Below, one piece after another: positions 38,006 to 46,933 of a stretch of 64,000 bases of DNA. Made by a program: the position numbers and the translations under genes. The stretch lies in the sequence record MW218148.1; one strand, given 5' to 3'. The notes beneath the pieces are model-generated. The model searched no databases. It had not been told where the DNA came from and worked only from the letters and a program-made list of their open reading frames with translations. Numbering within the stretch: the first letter of the stretch is position 1; each line of letters starts with the position of its first letter.

Positions 38006-38042
38006 AATTATTTTAACATCATTAAATAACGTTTAAATTATC

Positions 38043-38070
38043 AATAGGTGTCTTAATAAAGGCACCTATT
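38043..38070 (+). terminator. Terminator hairpin
   Basis: AATAGGTGTC / GGCACCTATT plus poly-T. Confidence 0.7.
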
Positions 38071-38076
38071 TTTTTT

Positions 38077-38712
38077 TTGGAGGGATGGATAAAATTGATA
38101 GATTTTAATAAACATATAAATAATGACGTTAGGAACATAGAAATTTATTGTGATGGAGCAATAAAAGGCGTTAGATCAAAAGGAACTAAATATGGAGGTA
38201 TTGGTATTATTCCTGTCCAAGAAGATTTATTTGATTATCTATCTATACCTTACATAGGAGAAGATCTAACTAATAATAGATTAGAAATGTTGGCTGTAAT
38301 ATTCACTATATTATTCTCATTAGAAGTTTCTCAAGATTATAAAGGTAAAACAAATATTAATATAAAGTCTGATAGTGAATATACTGTTGATGGTTATAAT
38401 ATAAATTTAGATAATTGGATAATACAAGGTTGGAAGAACTCTTCAGGTGCTGACGTTAAGAACAAAGAATTGTGGAAGTTAATTGAAAGAGTTAAATGTT
38501 ATTTAAATAGAAACAGAAATAAATATTATGTAAATTTACAATGGACTAAAGGACATGATAAGGAAAAATATAATGAATTATCAGACGAATATGCAGTTAA
38601 AGCTAAAATGGAAGCATATGAAAACAATGAATCTGCCTTTACTATGACCTATGCTATAGAAAAAGCTGAGTCATTCATAAATAAATTAGAAGAAAGAGAG
38701 AAGATGAGTTAA
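38077..38712 (+). CDS. rnhA: Ribonuclease HI
   Basis: YCDGA, TNNRLEMLAV, SDSEY, GWK...VKNKELW, WTKGH, NELSDEYA. The true start is likely a slightly downstream TTG after GGAGGG. Confidence 0.95.
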   Translation: MEGWIKLIDFNKHINNDVRNIEIYCDGAIKGVRSKGTKYGGIGIIPVQEDLFDYLSIPYIGEDLTNNRLEMLAVIFTILFSLEVSQDYKGKTNINIKSDSEYTVDGYNINLDNWIIQGWKNSSGADVKNKELWKLIERVKCYLNRNRNKYYVNLQWTKGHDKEKYNELSDEYAVKAKMEAYENNESAFTMTYAIEKAESFINKLEEREKMS

Positions 38713-39273
38713 ATGACTACAAGAATAGATTTTAACAATGAAGAAGAATATGAAGAATTCTTAGACATAAATGAATGGAATAGATTATGTATGGATTTCT
38801 GTATTAGATCATCTAGCATTAGTAAATGTGCTGCTCGAAAAGTTAGTTCTATTATAGCAGATAAAGATTCAATATACTCTTTAGGAGTTAATGGTACTTT
38901 TCCGGGTAAATTAAATTGTAATGATATATTTAAAAAAGAAGATGGAGTATGGTACATCAAAGACATTAATGAAGAAACAAACCTTTTAGAATGGATGAAA
39001 TGTGAGGATCAAGAATCTCATCATAAATGGTCTTTATTAAATGAGGTTCATGCTGAGATAAATGCTCTATCTAAAATGAATAAAAAAGGAATCTCAACTA
39101 AAAATCTTGATTTATATTGTACCCATTCACCTTGTTATAATTGTGCCAAAAGTATAATTGCTGCTGGTATTAAAAACGTTTATTATAATGAATTATATGA
39201 TGGATATGAAGACGTAATGGATCTTTTAACATCTAACGGAATTAACTTTATTAAGATTGAAGTGGGTGAATAA
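38713..39273 (+). CDS. dCMP deaminase
   Basis: SKCAARKV, GVNG, VHAEINAL, THSPCYNCAKSIIAAGIKNVYY. Confidence 0.93.
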   Translation: MTTRIDFNNEEEYEEFLDINEWNRLCMDFCIRSSSISKCAARKVSSIIADKDSIYSLGVNGTFPGKLNCNDIFKKEDGVWYIKDINEETNLLEWMKCEDQESHHKWSLLNEVHAEINALSKMNKKGISTKNLDLYCTHSPCYNCAKSIIAAGIKNVYYNELYDGYEDVMDLLTSNGINFIKIEVGE

Positions 39274-39275
39274 AA

Positions 39276-39509
39276 TTGATGATTGCTGTAGATATACTTA
39301 ATTATATAGTTGTTTTATTTGTAGCTTATGTAATAATATATACACTCTTTTATATATTAAAAATGTATAAATTAGATAAAAAATTAAAAGAAGAAACGTA
39401 TATGTTAGAAAAGAAATTAGAAGAAGAAAATATTAGATTTTATAAAAGAAGTAGATTTAACCAAATGAGATCTGGACATAGAAAGAAAAGAAGTGATATG
39501 AATGCATAG
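39276..39509 (+). CDS. Small membrane protein
   Basis: N-terminal hydrophobic helix ILNYIVVLFVAYVIIYTLFYIL and a basic tail. Confidence 0.65.
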   Translation: MMIAVDILNYIVVLFVAYVIIYTLFYILKMYKLDKKLKEETYMLEKKLEEENIRFYKRSRFNQMRSGHRKKRSDMNA

Positions 39510-39990
39510 TATAGATTTACTTTTAATAATTACATCTTTATTATTTTTATCTACACTATTATTTGTATTTTTAACTTTCTACTTCAGAAATAAGTTTATT
39601 AAAGCTTCAAAATTAAATTCTCAGTATCAAAATAAGATATCCATATTGGAAAAACAATCTACTGGTAAAGACATACTAGATTCATTAGAAGCTATGATTG
39701 ATGAGTTTCTAAAACCTACTTATGATTTAACTATAGAAGAAACTTATATGGATCTTAAGTTAGATAATCCTTCAGTGGCAAATAGAAATATCTCTATATC
39801 AGAACAAAGAAAGAATATTATACTGGAAGATGCTTATAATAAATTTATGCATTATTTATCTGATGACTTCAGGAATAAACTGTCTCTAGTTTATAAGAAT
39901 GATGAGATTGAAAATATAATACTTGATATTATGTACTACAAATTAACTATATACGTTAAAGAAAGAAATGAGCTACAAAAAAATTCTTAA
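39502..39990 (+). CDS. Single-pass membrane protein
   Basis: N-terminal LLLIITSLLFLSTLLFVFLTFYF followed by a soluble domain. Confidence 0.7.
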   Translation: MHSIDLLLIITSLLFLSTLLFVFLTFYFRNKFIKASKLNSQYQNKISILEKQSTGKDILDSLEAMIDEFLKPTYDLTIEETYMDLKLDNPSVANRNISISEQRKNIILEDAYNKFMHYLSDDFRNKLSLVYKNDEIENIILDIMYYKLTIYVKERNELQKNS

Positions 39991-39995
39991 TTATA

Positions 39996-40027
39996 TCCCC
40001 TAACCTTATTAATTTAAGGTTAGGGGA
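39996..40027. terminator. Bidirectional terminator, CCCCTAA hairpin family copy 4
   Basis: Identical to 12761-12792, including the downstream ATTTTATTTTTTTTTT flank. Confidence 0.8.
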
Positions 40028-40041
40028 ATTTTATTTTTTTT

Positions 40042-40809
40042 TTATAATAATACATTTATTAAATCTGTTAAGAATCTTAATTGATTTTTGTATGAAAGAT
40101 ATTCTGCTTTTATATCTTCTTCTAGATCATCTTCTACATACATTTCCATAGAATCCATTTCAATAATATATTTATTCTCAATAATATCTTTATAATAACC
40201 TATAGGTAAATTATTAGTAACTAAATTATCTTTAAATATAAGTAGTTTCTTGTATAAGTCAGTTTTATCTTTCTTTTTATCTTCCCACAGACATTCTGTT
40301 AGAAATTTAAATAAATAATTTTTATGATGTTCTTTGACTTCACTTGAATAACCTTTTATGTCCATTTCATCTTTATATAAATTAATATAGTGTTCTTTAT
40401 CCAATATATTAATGTAATTATCATATTCTTTACTTTCTACAAATCTAACATTTTTAGAAATATTTAAGTTATTACATTTTTTACCAATAACAAATATAGC
40501 ATCTTTTTTAATACTAAGAATATCACTATCATTAAGATTATTACTTTCGATAAATATCTTTCTAGCTATCTTAAATCCATTCATTAAAACTTCATTCATT
40601 TTTTTATTGTTTCTCAACATTTTACCAATAATAACATTTCTTTCATATTTAGAAGTATTCTTTAATTTGTTATATTGCTCTTCATTAAAATAACCAGAAT
40701 CAAATAATATATTCATACCAGCTGATTTAATATCATATTCAGTAATTACAGTATCTTTAATATATCTTACGTCTGATGTGTAATTAGTTTTCATGTATAA
40801 ATTAGACAC
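40042..40809 (-). CDS. Minimal DNA-polymerase-palm-like protein
   Basis: TEYDIKSAG resembles motif A and LSIKKDAIFV resembles motif C; no exonuclease domain. Confidence 0.5.
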   Translation of the reverse strand: MSNLYMKTNYTSDVRYIKDTVITEYDIKSAGMNILFDSGYFNEEQYNKLKNTSKYERNVIIGKMLRNNKKMNEVLMNGFKIARKIFIESNNLNDSDILSIKKDAIFVIGKKCNNLNISKNVRFVESKEYDNYINILDKEHYINLYKDEMDIKGYSSEVKEHHKNYLFKFLTECLWEDKKKDKTDLYKKLLIFKDNLVTNNLPIGYYKDIIENKYIIEMDSMEMYVEDDLEEDIKAEYLSYKNQLRFLTDLINVLL

Positions 40810-40880
40810 TGCAATTACCTCCTCTATAATATTTTAATAAACCAATTACTATTTAAAAATACATTAGCTAAGTAATTAAT

Positions 40881-41015
40881 TTATAATCCTCCTATATAAT
40901 CATCGCCAGCCTCTTTACTAATTTCATATTCTCTCTCAATATCTTCTTCTGATTTACCTTGTAATCCTTCTGCAACTTCACCATCTTCATCAAATAAAAA
41001 ATCTAAAAATTTCAT
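40881..41015 (-). CDS. 44-aa acidic miniprotein (below the track cut-off)
   Basis: RBS GAGGAGG, ATG, MKFLDFLFDEDGEVAEGLQGKSEEDIEREYEISKEAGDDYIGGL, stop. Confidence 0.7.
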   Translation of the reverse strand: MKFLDFLFDEDGEVAEGLQGKSEEDIEREYEISKEAGDDYIGGL

Positions 41016-41073
41016 TATAAAACCTCCTCAAATAATTATTTTCGTAAATTTTATGCTATTCTTTTATAGTATT

Positions 41074-41634
41074 TTAATTCTTAACAAAGTTATGTTTCAT
41101 CAATGTCTTAATAAATTCTTTATTAGTTAACCAGTCACCAGTATTATTAACTACTTCAAGATCAGTTGCTTCATCTAAATCTTTCTTTTCTTTCTCTAAA
41201 TCTTCTCTATTTCTTCCTTCACGTTTAACTTGATTCTTTTCATTAACTACTTGAATAGTAATAATGTCAGAATCTTCACCATATTTCTCTTTAATATCTC
41301 TTACAGAAGCATCTCTACCTTCTCTATTTACAATAATAATATTTACATTATAAATACCATTTTGCGGATATTCTAAACTTTGATCAATTGTACCGTAATA
41401 ATTTTCGTAGAAATTAGTCTTAGCTATTAAATTACCTTTCATATCATCATATTCTTCTTTATTTAAGAATACATAATCTACACCGTTTACTTCATCTTCT
41501 CTTCTTTCTCTAGTTGTTACTTGATCTAACTTCTTGAAGAATAAGTGCGGATAATCTTTCTGATCCGATAAGTTATTTGCTAAAACTGTTTTACCTGAAC
41601 CTGATACACCACATAATAATATAAATTTTTTCAT
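41074..41634 (-). CDS. gmk: Guanylate-kinase-like nucleoside monophosphate kinase
   Basis: GVSGSGKT P-loop, VTTRERREDEVNGVDYVF, YYGT. Confidence 0.88.
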   Translation of the reverse strand: MKKFILLCGVSGSGKTVLANNLSDQKDYPHLFFKKLDQVTTRERREDEVNGVDYVFLNKEEYDDMKGNLIAKTNFYENYYGTIDQSLEYPQNGIYNVNIIIVNREGRDASVRDIKEKYGEDSDIITIQVVNEKNQVKREGRNREDLEKEKKDLDEATDLEVVNNTGDWLTNKEFIKTLMKHNFVKN

Positions 41635-41708
41635 AAAAGAAGAACCTCCAAATTTTATTATCTAATATTATTTGGTTTTCTACATTTTTTAGAAAAATTT
41701 GTTATAAA

Positions 41709-42452
41709 CTATGAACGAATTCCATCTTTTTCTCTTAATTTATCTATTAATGTAATAAATTCATTGTATTTTTTATCTAATATTTTAATGTAGTTATACT
41801 CTGAATTAGATGCAACTTCATCTTTTTTCTTTTCTTTAAGTTCATCACGTTTTTGGTAGTGATTATTTTTCCCTTTAATTTCAACTAATAGGTTAAAATC
41901 AGGTAAGTAGAAGTCAGGCATATAAAAATGATCTTTGTTTGCAAATTTATAAGGAATAACTATATTAGATGGTGATAAAACATTATTAGACTTAAAGTCC
42001 ATTTGTTTGTCTAAGAATTCTAAAAAGTCTTTTTCATAAGAACCCACATAAGGAGTAGGTAAACCTTTACCTGAAGACCAATGATACTTTCCAGATATTT
42101 TTCTATTAGCTAACATTTTATTTTGCATATCAGGATCATTTAATAAAGTCGTCTTACCGTACTTTTTATTCATTCTTTCTTTAAATTGCTCTCTATATTT
42201 TTCCTTACAAATCTTATCATGTACTCTTTCATATTTTTCAGTTTTCTCATTAAATTTGGTAGGTTTTCCACATATGATACATGTACCATGAGTTTTTTTA
42301 TTTCTAAAGTTAAAATAAACGTTAGCAGCAGATAAATTACCTAATTCTTTAGGATGACATTTTTCCATATGATTATATAATCCTTTTTTATCTACATATT
42401 TCTTAGGACAAAATGGACATTTATGATATTTTGTAGCCATTATTAATTTCAC
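41709..42452 (-). CDS. C2H2/Zn-finger protein with a TnsA/T4 gp4-like PD-(D/E)xK endonuclease domain (head-completion nuclease candidate)
   Basis: CPFC..HMEKCH, CIICG; GSYEKDFLEFLD..IPYKF..HFYMPDFYLPDFNLLVEIKG. Confidence 0.7.
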   Translation of the reverse strand: MKLIMATKYHKCPFCPKKYVDKKGLYNHMEKCHPKELGNLSAANVYFNFRNKKTHGTCIICGKPTKFNEKTEKYERVHDKICKEKYREQFKERMNKKYGKTTLLNDPDMQNKMLANRKISGKYHWSSGKGLPTPYVGSYEKDFLEFLDKQMDFKSNNVLSPSNIVIPYKFANKDHFYMPDFYLPDFNLLVEIKGKNNHYQKRDELKEKKKDEVASNSEYNYIKILDKKYNEFITLIDKLREKDGIRS

Positions 42453-42480
42453 CGTTCTTTCATATTGATATTATTTAGTA

Positions 42481-42492
42481 TAAATGCTTGTT
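42481..42492 (-). promoter_or_regulatory. Late-type promoter AACA-N6-TA
   Basis: AACA-AGCATT-TATA. Confidence 0.5.
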
Positions 42493-42613
42493 TCTATAGT
42501 TTTAACATAAAAAATTAAGAGGCAGTTTATTTTGAAATATAATATTATATATTAATTTAATTGAAAGTCGGTGATATATTATCGCTACTAAGGGAAAACA
42601 CTTTAGAAAAGAG

Positions 42614-43021
42614 ATGTTTCTAGCTCAGAATATCTATAACAAGCAACACATGTTAGAAGATATGGAAGCACTGGGTCAGACTATACAAAATCTTATTATA
42701 ATGAAGAAAGGTACTTATCCTAATACCCCTAGTTTAGGAGTTGGAATAGAAGATTATTTATTTGAAATCTTAGATAACGAAACTATATCTGATATTACTA
42801 ATAATATTAATACTCAGATAAGTCAGTTTATAGTATCAAATTCAGTTAATATAGACGTTAAAGTAATACAATTAAACAATAGTAATGCCAATTTAAATAG
42901 TCTAAAGATAGATGTTACATTAACGGAAACTAATGATAATTCTAAAAATCAAAGTTTCTCGTTTATATTTGCATCTAATTTATTAACTAAGAAAATGATT
43001 ACTAAACTTGTTTTAGGATAA
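42614..43021 (+). CDS. Baseplate wedge protein (T4 gp25-like)
   Basis: IQNLIIMKKGTYPNTPSLGVGIEDYLFE signature; the start may be a non-canonical ATC at 42581. Confidence 0.8.
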   Translation: MFLAQNIYNKQHMLEDMEALGQTIQNLIIMKKGTYPNTPSLGVGIEDYLFEILDNETISDITNNINTQISQFIVSNSVNIDVKVIQLNNSNANLNSLKIDVTLTETNDNSKNQSFSFIFASNLLTKKMITKLVLG

Positions 43022-43058
43022 ATAAAATTAAAAGAAAAAGAATGGAGAGTAAATTTTA

Positions 43059-44420
43059 ATGGTAAAAAAAGCAGATAACCAAGAACTAAACGATTTTATG
43101 TCAGATGAAGAATTAAAAGAAATCGATGCAAGTCCTTCAGAGGAAAATGTTAAAAAAGAAACTCAAAATAAACAAGGTCAAAATAATAATAATAAAAAGA
43201 GAAATAACAACAACCGTAGAAGAAATAACAACAAACAAAATCAAAATAATAAAAAATCAGCTATTCCTACACAAAGAAACAAAGAGGAAGTTAAGAAAGA
43301 AGAACCTAAGAAACAAGCTCCTAAAGATACTTCTGAAATGACTCTTTCTGATTTTGAAGACTATCAAAAAGAAGAGGCTAAAAAAGGTAAAGAAAGAGAA
43401 GAATATTTAAAAGGTCTTGAACAAATTGGAAGTAATGAAAGATCAAATTTATTAAATAATATTAGTGTAGATTTAGATAATATTGAATTAATTTCTGATA
43501 TTGATTATGATATTGATAAAGAAAATACTAATTTTGTATTAAACAGTAAAGCAACTCATCAAGTTGTATTACCTCAATCTTCATATATTGCACATATGGA
43601 AAGTTTACGTAACCAAGAAATTCTTTCTATTGCAGAATCAATTGATGATGATTACAATGCAATGTTAAAACGTTACCAATTATATTTCCATAAAATGAAT
43701 ACGAATTCATTAGGTATTACTAACTTCCAAGATTTTGCTAAATTAACTTCAGTATACGATGTTAGTACTATTGAATATGGATTATATAATATCTCATTCC
43801 CAGGTGAAACTAAATTTGATATTCAATGTGGATCATGTAAATCTAAATTAAAAGATGTTAAAATCTCTAATGATCAATTAATGTCATTTAAAGATGAAGA
43901 AGTATTTGAACATGTAACTAAAAATGTTAAAAATATCACTACTATTGAAGAAAGTAAAGAACACTCATTAATTTATAGTGAAAAACGTATAATCTTAGCT
44001 GACTCTAAAATTATCTTTGAAATTGTTACACCTACTGTTGAAAAACACTTAAGTGTATTAGGTAGTATCCATACAGATGGTTTATCTGAAGAAGAGTCTG
44101 AAAGATTTAAACAAAATGCTACAGCTTTAATGCATGTTAAAAATGTATACATTCCTGACTTGAAATCACTTAAAGAAGAAGGTAAAGCTAAATATCGTAT
44201 GCTACCTGAATCAAATATGAAGGATAAAATGAAAGTAATTGAAAATCTTTCTATCCGTGATGGACATCAGTTAACAGATGCTATATTTGATAGAGTTAAT
44301 AAAAATGCTATTGAATACGCTATCAAAGGAGCTAAATGTCCTAAATGTGAAAACGATCTAGGAAAAATTGATATTGATATGAGTGAAATGCTTTTTCGGG
44401 AAGCGCTGCATTTGGTTTAG
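43059..44420 (+). CDS. T4 gp26-like baseplate hub/tail assembly chaperone with an N-terminal low-complexity region
   Basis: FDIQCGSC and AKCPKCENDLGKIDIDMSEMLFR Zn-binding pairs typical of the gp26/T4_baseplate family. Confidence 0.65.
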   Translation: MVKKADNQELNDFMSDEELKEIDASPSEENVKKETQNKQGQNNNNKKRNNNNRRRNNNKQNQNNKKSAIPTQRNKEEVKKEEPKKQAPKDTSEMTLSDFEDYQKEEAKKGKEREEYLKGLEQIGSNERSNLLNNISVDLDNIELISDIDYDIDKENTNFVLNSKATHQVVLPQSSYIAHMESLRNQEILSIAESIDDDYNAMLKRYQLYFHKMNTNSLGITNFQDFAKLTSVYDVSTIEYGLYNISFPGETKFDIQCGSCKSKLKDVKISNDQLMSFKDEEVFEHVTKNVKNITTIEESKEHSLIYSEKRIILADSKIIFEIVTPTVEKHLSVLGSIHTDGLSEEESERFKQNATALMHVKNVYIPDLKSLKEEGKAKYRMLPESNMKDKMKVIENLSIRDGHQLTDAIFDRVNKNAIEYAIKGAKCPKCENDLGKIDIDMSEMLFREALHLV

Positions 44421-44692
44421 TCACAACCACGAACAGCAAGCAGTATAAAAAGAAGGTTTATGACGATGCAGCGTATATAGCATATCTGCTTGATTTATTT
44501 GAAGGACGTTTATCTTTTAATGAAATTCTTAATATGGAATTGAATATTCTTAACTCTATGGTTAGAGCTAAAGAAAAAGAAATGAAAAATAAACGTATGC
44601 AACAGAAAAAGATAGAATCTGCTCAAAGAAGGAATTTCGATAATGGAATGCCTAAAACTGAATTACCTAGACACTTAAATCCAGGTGGTTAA
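44387..44692 (+). CDS. Start-less -1 frame ORF (gp51/T-like extension), predicted to be reached by frameshift
   Basis: Open for 101 codons after TGA 44384; no ATG/GTG/TTG until 44534; LSFNEILNMELNILNSMVRAKEKE is T-domain-like. Confidence 0.6.
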   Translation, partial: NAFSGSAAFGLVTTTNSKQYKKKVYDDAAYIAYLLDLFEGRLSFNEILNMELNILNSMVRAKEKEMKNKRMQQKKIESAQRRNFDNGMPKTELPRHLNPGG

Positions 44693-44724
44693 TAAAAAAG
44701 AAAATGAAAGGAGCTGACTATTGA

Positions 44725-45018
44725 TTGGTTAATAACACTAAAGATAGTCAGAAGATCCTTCATATTTATGATTCTCTTGTTGAAGGTGATGAGAACCTAA
44801 TATCATCTCTATGTCATTCAGAAAAAGGTTTACTTTTTGTAAACCTTTTGTTTGATGTAGATTATAAAGTTAAAGAAGGATTTTCTAAAAACTATAATGA
44901 ATTTGATTACGTCATTTTAGAAACAGAAGATAAAGAAAAATTAAAAGAAAAAGTTTCATATATAAAAAATTTAAAAATTGAAGACAACAAAAATAGTATA
45001 AGAATTTCAATCGTATAA
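44725..45018 (+). CDS. Hypothetical protein upstream of the chaperonin
   Basis: 97 aa, TTG start, RBS AAAGGAG. Confidence 0.6.
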   Translation: MVNNTKDSQKILHIYDSLVEGDENLISSLCHSEKGLLFVNLLFDVDYKVKEGFSKNYNEFDYVILETEDKEKLKEKVSYIKNLKIEDNKNSIRISIV

Positions 45019-45032
45019 AGTGAGGTACAACT

Positions 45033-46772
45033 ATGTCAGAAAAGAATAAAGAAAAAAAGTTAGTTTCAAATATAGTAGATGAAGAATCTTATAAAGATAT
45101 AGCAGAGGTAACTATTGATACTATTTCAAATACTTTAATGAAATCATTAGGTTATTTTGGTTCTACAACTATTTTTGATGATGGTATCAGTAGATACGTA
45201 ACTAAAGATGGTTATAATATTCTTAAGAATATTAGGTTCCAAGATACAATCGCTACAGCTATCTTAAATTTCATTAAAGAAGTATCTTTATCATTAGTTA
45301 AATCAGTGGGAGATGGATCAACTTCATCAGTAATTAACTCACAGTCTATGTTTAAAGAGATTAACAAAAGATTAAAAGAAAAAGACGATTTAGGTGGATA
45401 TTCTCGTAAAGAGATTTCAGATTCATTAAATAATATGAAAGAATTAATTTCTAAAGAGTTAATTAAAATATCTACTGAAATCAATGAAGACAATTTCTAT
45501 AAATTAAAAAATATCGCTACAGTATCAAATAATAATGATGAAAAATTAGGGGATATGATCTATGAAATCTTTACTAAGATTGGTAATAAAGGTTTTATTT
45601 TCCCAGAAACATCTGATAATGATGAAGATCATTACACTTTAACTAGAGGTATTGAAACACCTTATGCATTATTGGATAATAAATTAATTAATAACAAAGA
45701 TGACCACTCAGTTGATTTTAACAAACCTTATGTAGTTGTAGTTAATGATAAATTAACTGAAGAAGATATTAAGTGGACTTCAGACATAATCTCAAAAATT
45801 AAACCTTTTTCAGGACAAGGTTTAGTATTCTTTGCCCCATCGTTCTCTAAAGAATTTAAAGACTATATTAAAAATAATATCCATGCAAATAGAAACAATG
45901 GTTCATTGCAAGCAGTTGAGACTGATTTTGAATTATCAATTGGATCACATTATAAAGACCCAGAGAAATTAGAAGACTTAGCAATCTATACCGGTGGTTC
46001 TATTATAGATAAAACAGTTGATAAAGAAGAATTCTATAAAAATGTAGAAGCTGTTGTAGACTCTCATGAAACTGATCCAGAATGGATGTTATTTAAAGAA
46101 ACGGTTATTGGTAGAGCTGATCGTATTACTATTGATAGTTTTAAAACTCAAATTATTAATGGACATGGAAATGGTTCTAAGCGTTTGAAAGATCGTATTT
46201 CTGAAATCAATAATGAAATTAAACATTATGTAGATATGAATTCAGACCAAGCTATTACTGCCATCACTGATCTACAGAAGAGAGCTAATTCTTTAAATAA
46301 TGCAATTGCTAAATTATATGTAGGTGGATCTTCTCATGCAGAGAAAACATCTAGACTTTATTTAGTAGAAGATTCAGTTCATGCTTCTAAATCAGCTTTA
46401 AAATATGGATATGTATCAGGTGGAAATCTTTCTGTTAATAAGGTTATTAAAAATATTGACAGAGAAAAATTAAGTACTTTAGATAATTTAACTCTAGACT
46501 TAATCGACATTTCTTCTCGTGAAGTATATCATAAAGTATTAGAAAACTTTAATAGATTTGATAAACATGAAATTAAATCTATTACACAAACATGTATTGA
46601 AAAAGATGCTATTTTAAATATTAAGAAGAATGAATATGAACAGGATTATGAAACAGATATTATTAACTCTGTAGAAACTGATATCAAAATATTAGAAACT
46701 ACAATTAGTATTATCGGATTGATTTCATTAAGTAACCAATTCTTAACTAATTCAATTATCATTCCTCAATAA
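45033..46772 (+). CDS. groEL: Phage GroEL-like chaperonin
   Basis: SLGYFG, TKDGYNILKNI, VGDGSTSSV, YVGGSS..EK..R..VEDSVHA..SAL..GYVSGG. Confidence 0.92.
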   Translation: MSEKNKEKKLVSNIVDEESYKDIAEVTIDTISNTLMKSLGYFGSTTIFDDGISRYVTKDGYNILKNIRFQDTIATAILNFIKEVSLSLVKSVGDGSTSSVINSQSMFKEINKRLKEKDDLGGYSRKEISDSLNNMKELISKELIKISTEINEDNFYKLKNIATVSNNNDEKLGDMIYEIFTKIGNKGFIFPETSDNDEDHYTLTRGIETPYALLDNKLINNKDDHSVDFNKPYVVVVNDKLTEEDIKWTSDIISKIKPFSGQGLVFFAPSFSKEFKDYIKNNIHANRNNGSLQAVETDFELSIGSHYKDPEKLEDLAIYTGGSIIDKTVDKEEFYKNVEAVVDSHETDPEWMLFKETVIGRADRITIDSFKTQIINGHGNGSKRLKDRISEINNEIKHYVDMNSDQAITAITDLQKRANSLNNAIAKLYVGGSSHAEKTSRLYLVEDSVHASKSALKYGYVSGGNLSVNKVIKNIDREKLSTLDNLTLDLIDISSREVYHKVLENFNRFDKHEIKSITQTCIEKDAILNIKKNEYEQDYETDIINSVETDIKILETTISIIGLISLSNQFLTNSIIIPQ

Positions 46773-46778
46773 AATTTG

Positions 46779-46812
46779 ACCGAAACCATTATAACAATTA
46801 AATGGTTTCGGT
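46779..46812 (+). terminator. Terminator hairpin after the chaperonin
   Basis: ACCGAAACCATT / AATGGTTTCGGT plus T-tract. Confidence 0.75.
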
Positions 46813-46831
46813 TTATTTTTCGTCTTTTATA

Positions 46832-46843
46832 AACACAATATTA
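46832..46843 (+). promoter_or_regulatory. Late-type promoter AACA-N6-TA
   Basis: AACA-CAATAT-TA. Confidence 0.4.
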
Positions 46844-46933
46844 ATTTCTAAAATTTTAAATTTTGATATAAATTTATTTGCTTTTTTGCAAAAATTTTGA
46901 TATAATTAAAAATATAAGAAAGGGGATTTTGTA

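Noticed and set aside
39276-39990. Holin call for the two membrane proteins
   Set aside because: Single N-terminal helices only, far from the lysins and in a nucleotide-metabolism operon; not enough evidence.
40042-40809. Missing C-terminal half of the split PolB
   Set aside because: It carries its own motif-A-like aspartate and lacks KxxxNSxYG, so it is not the complementary half.
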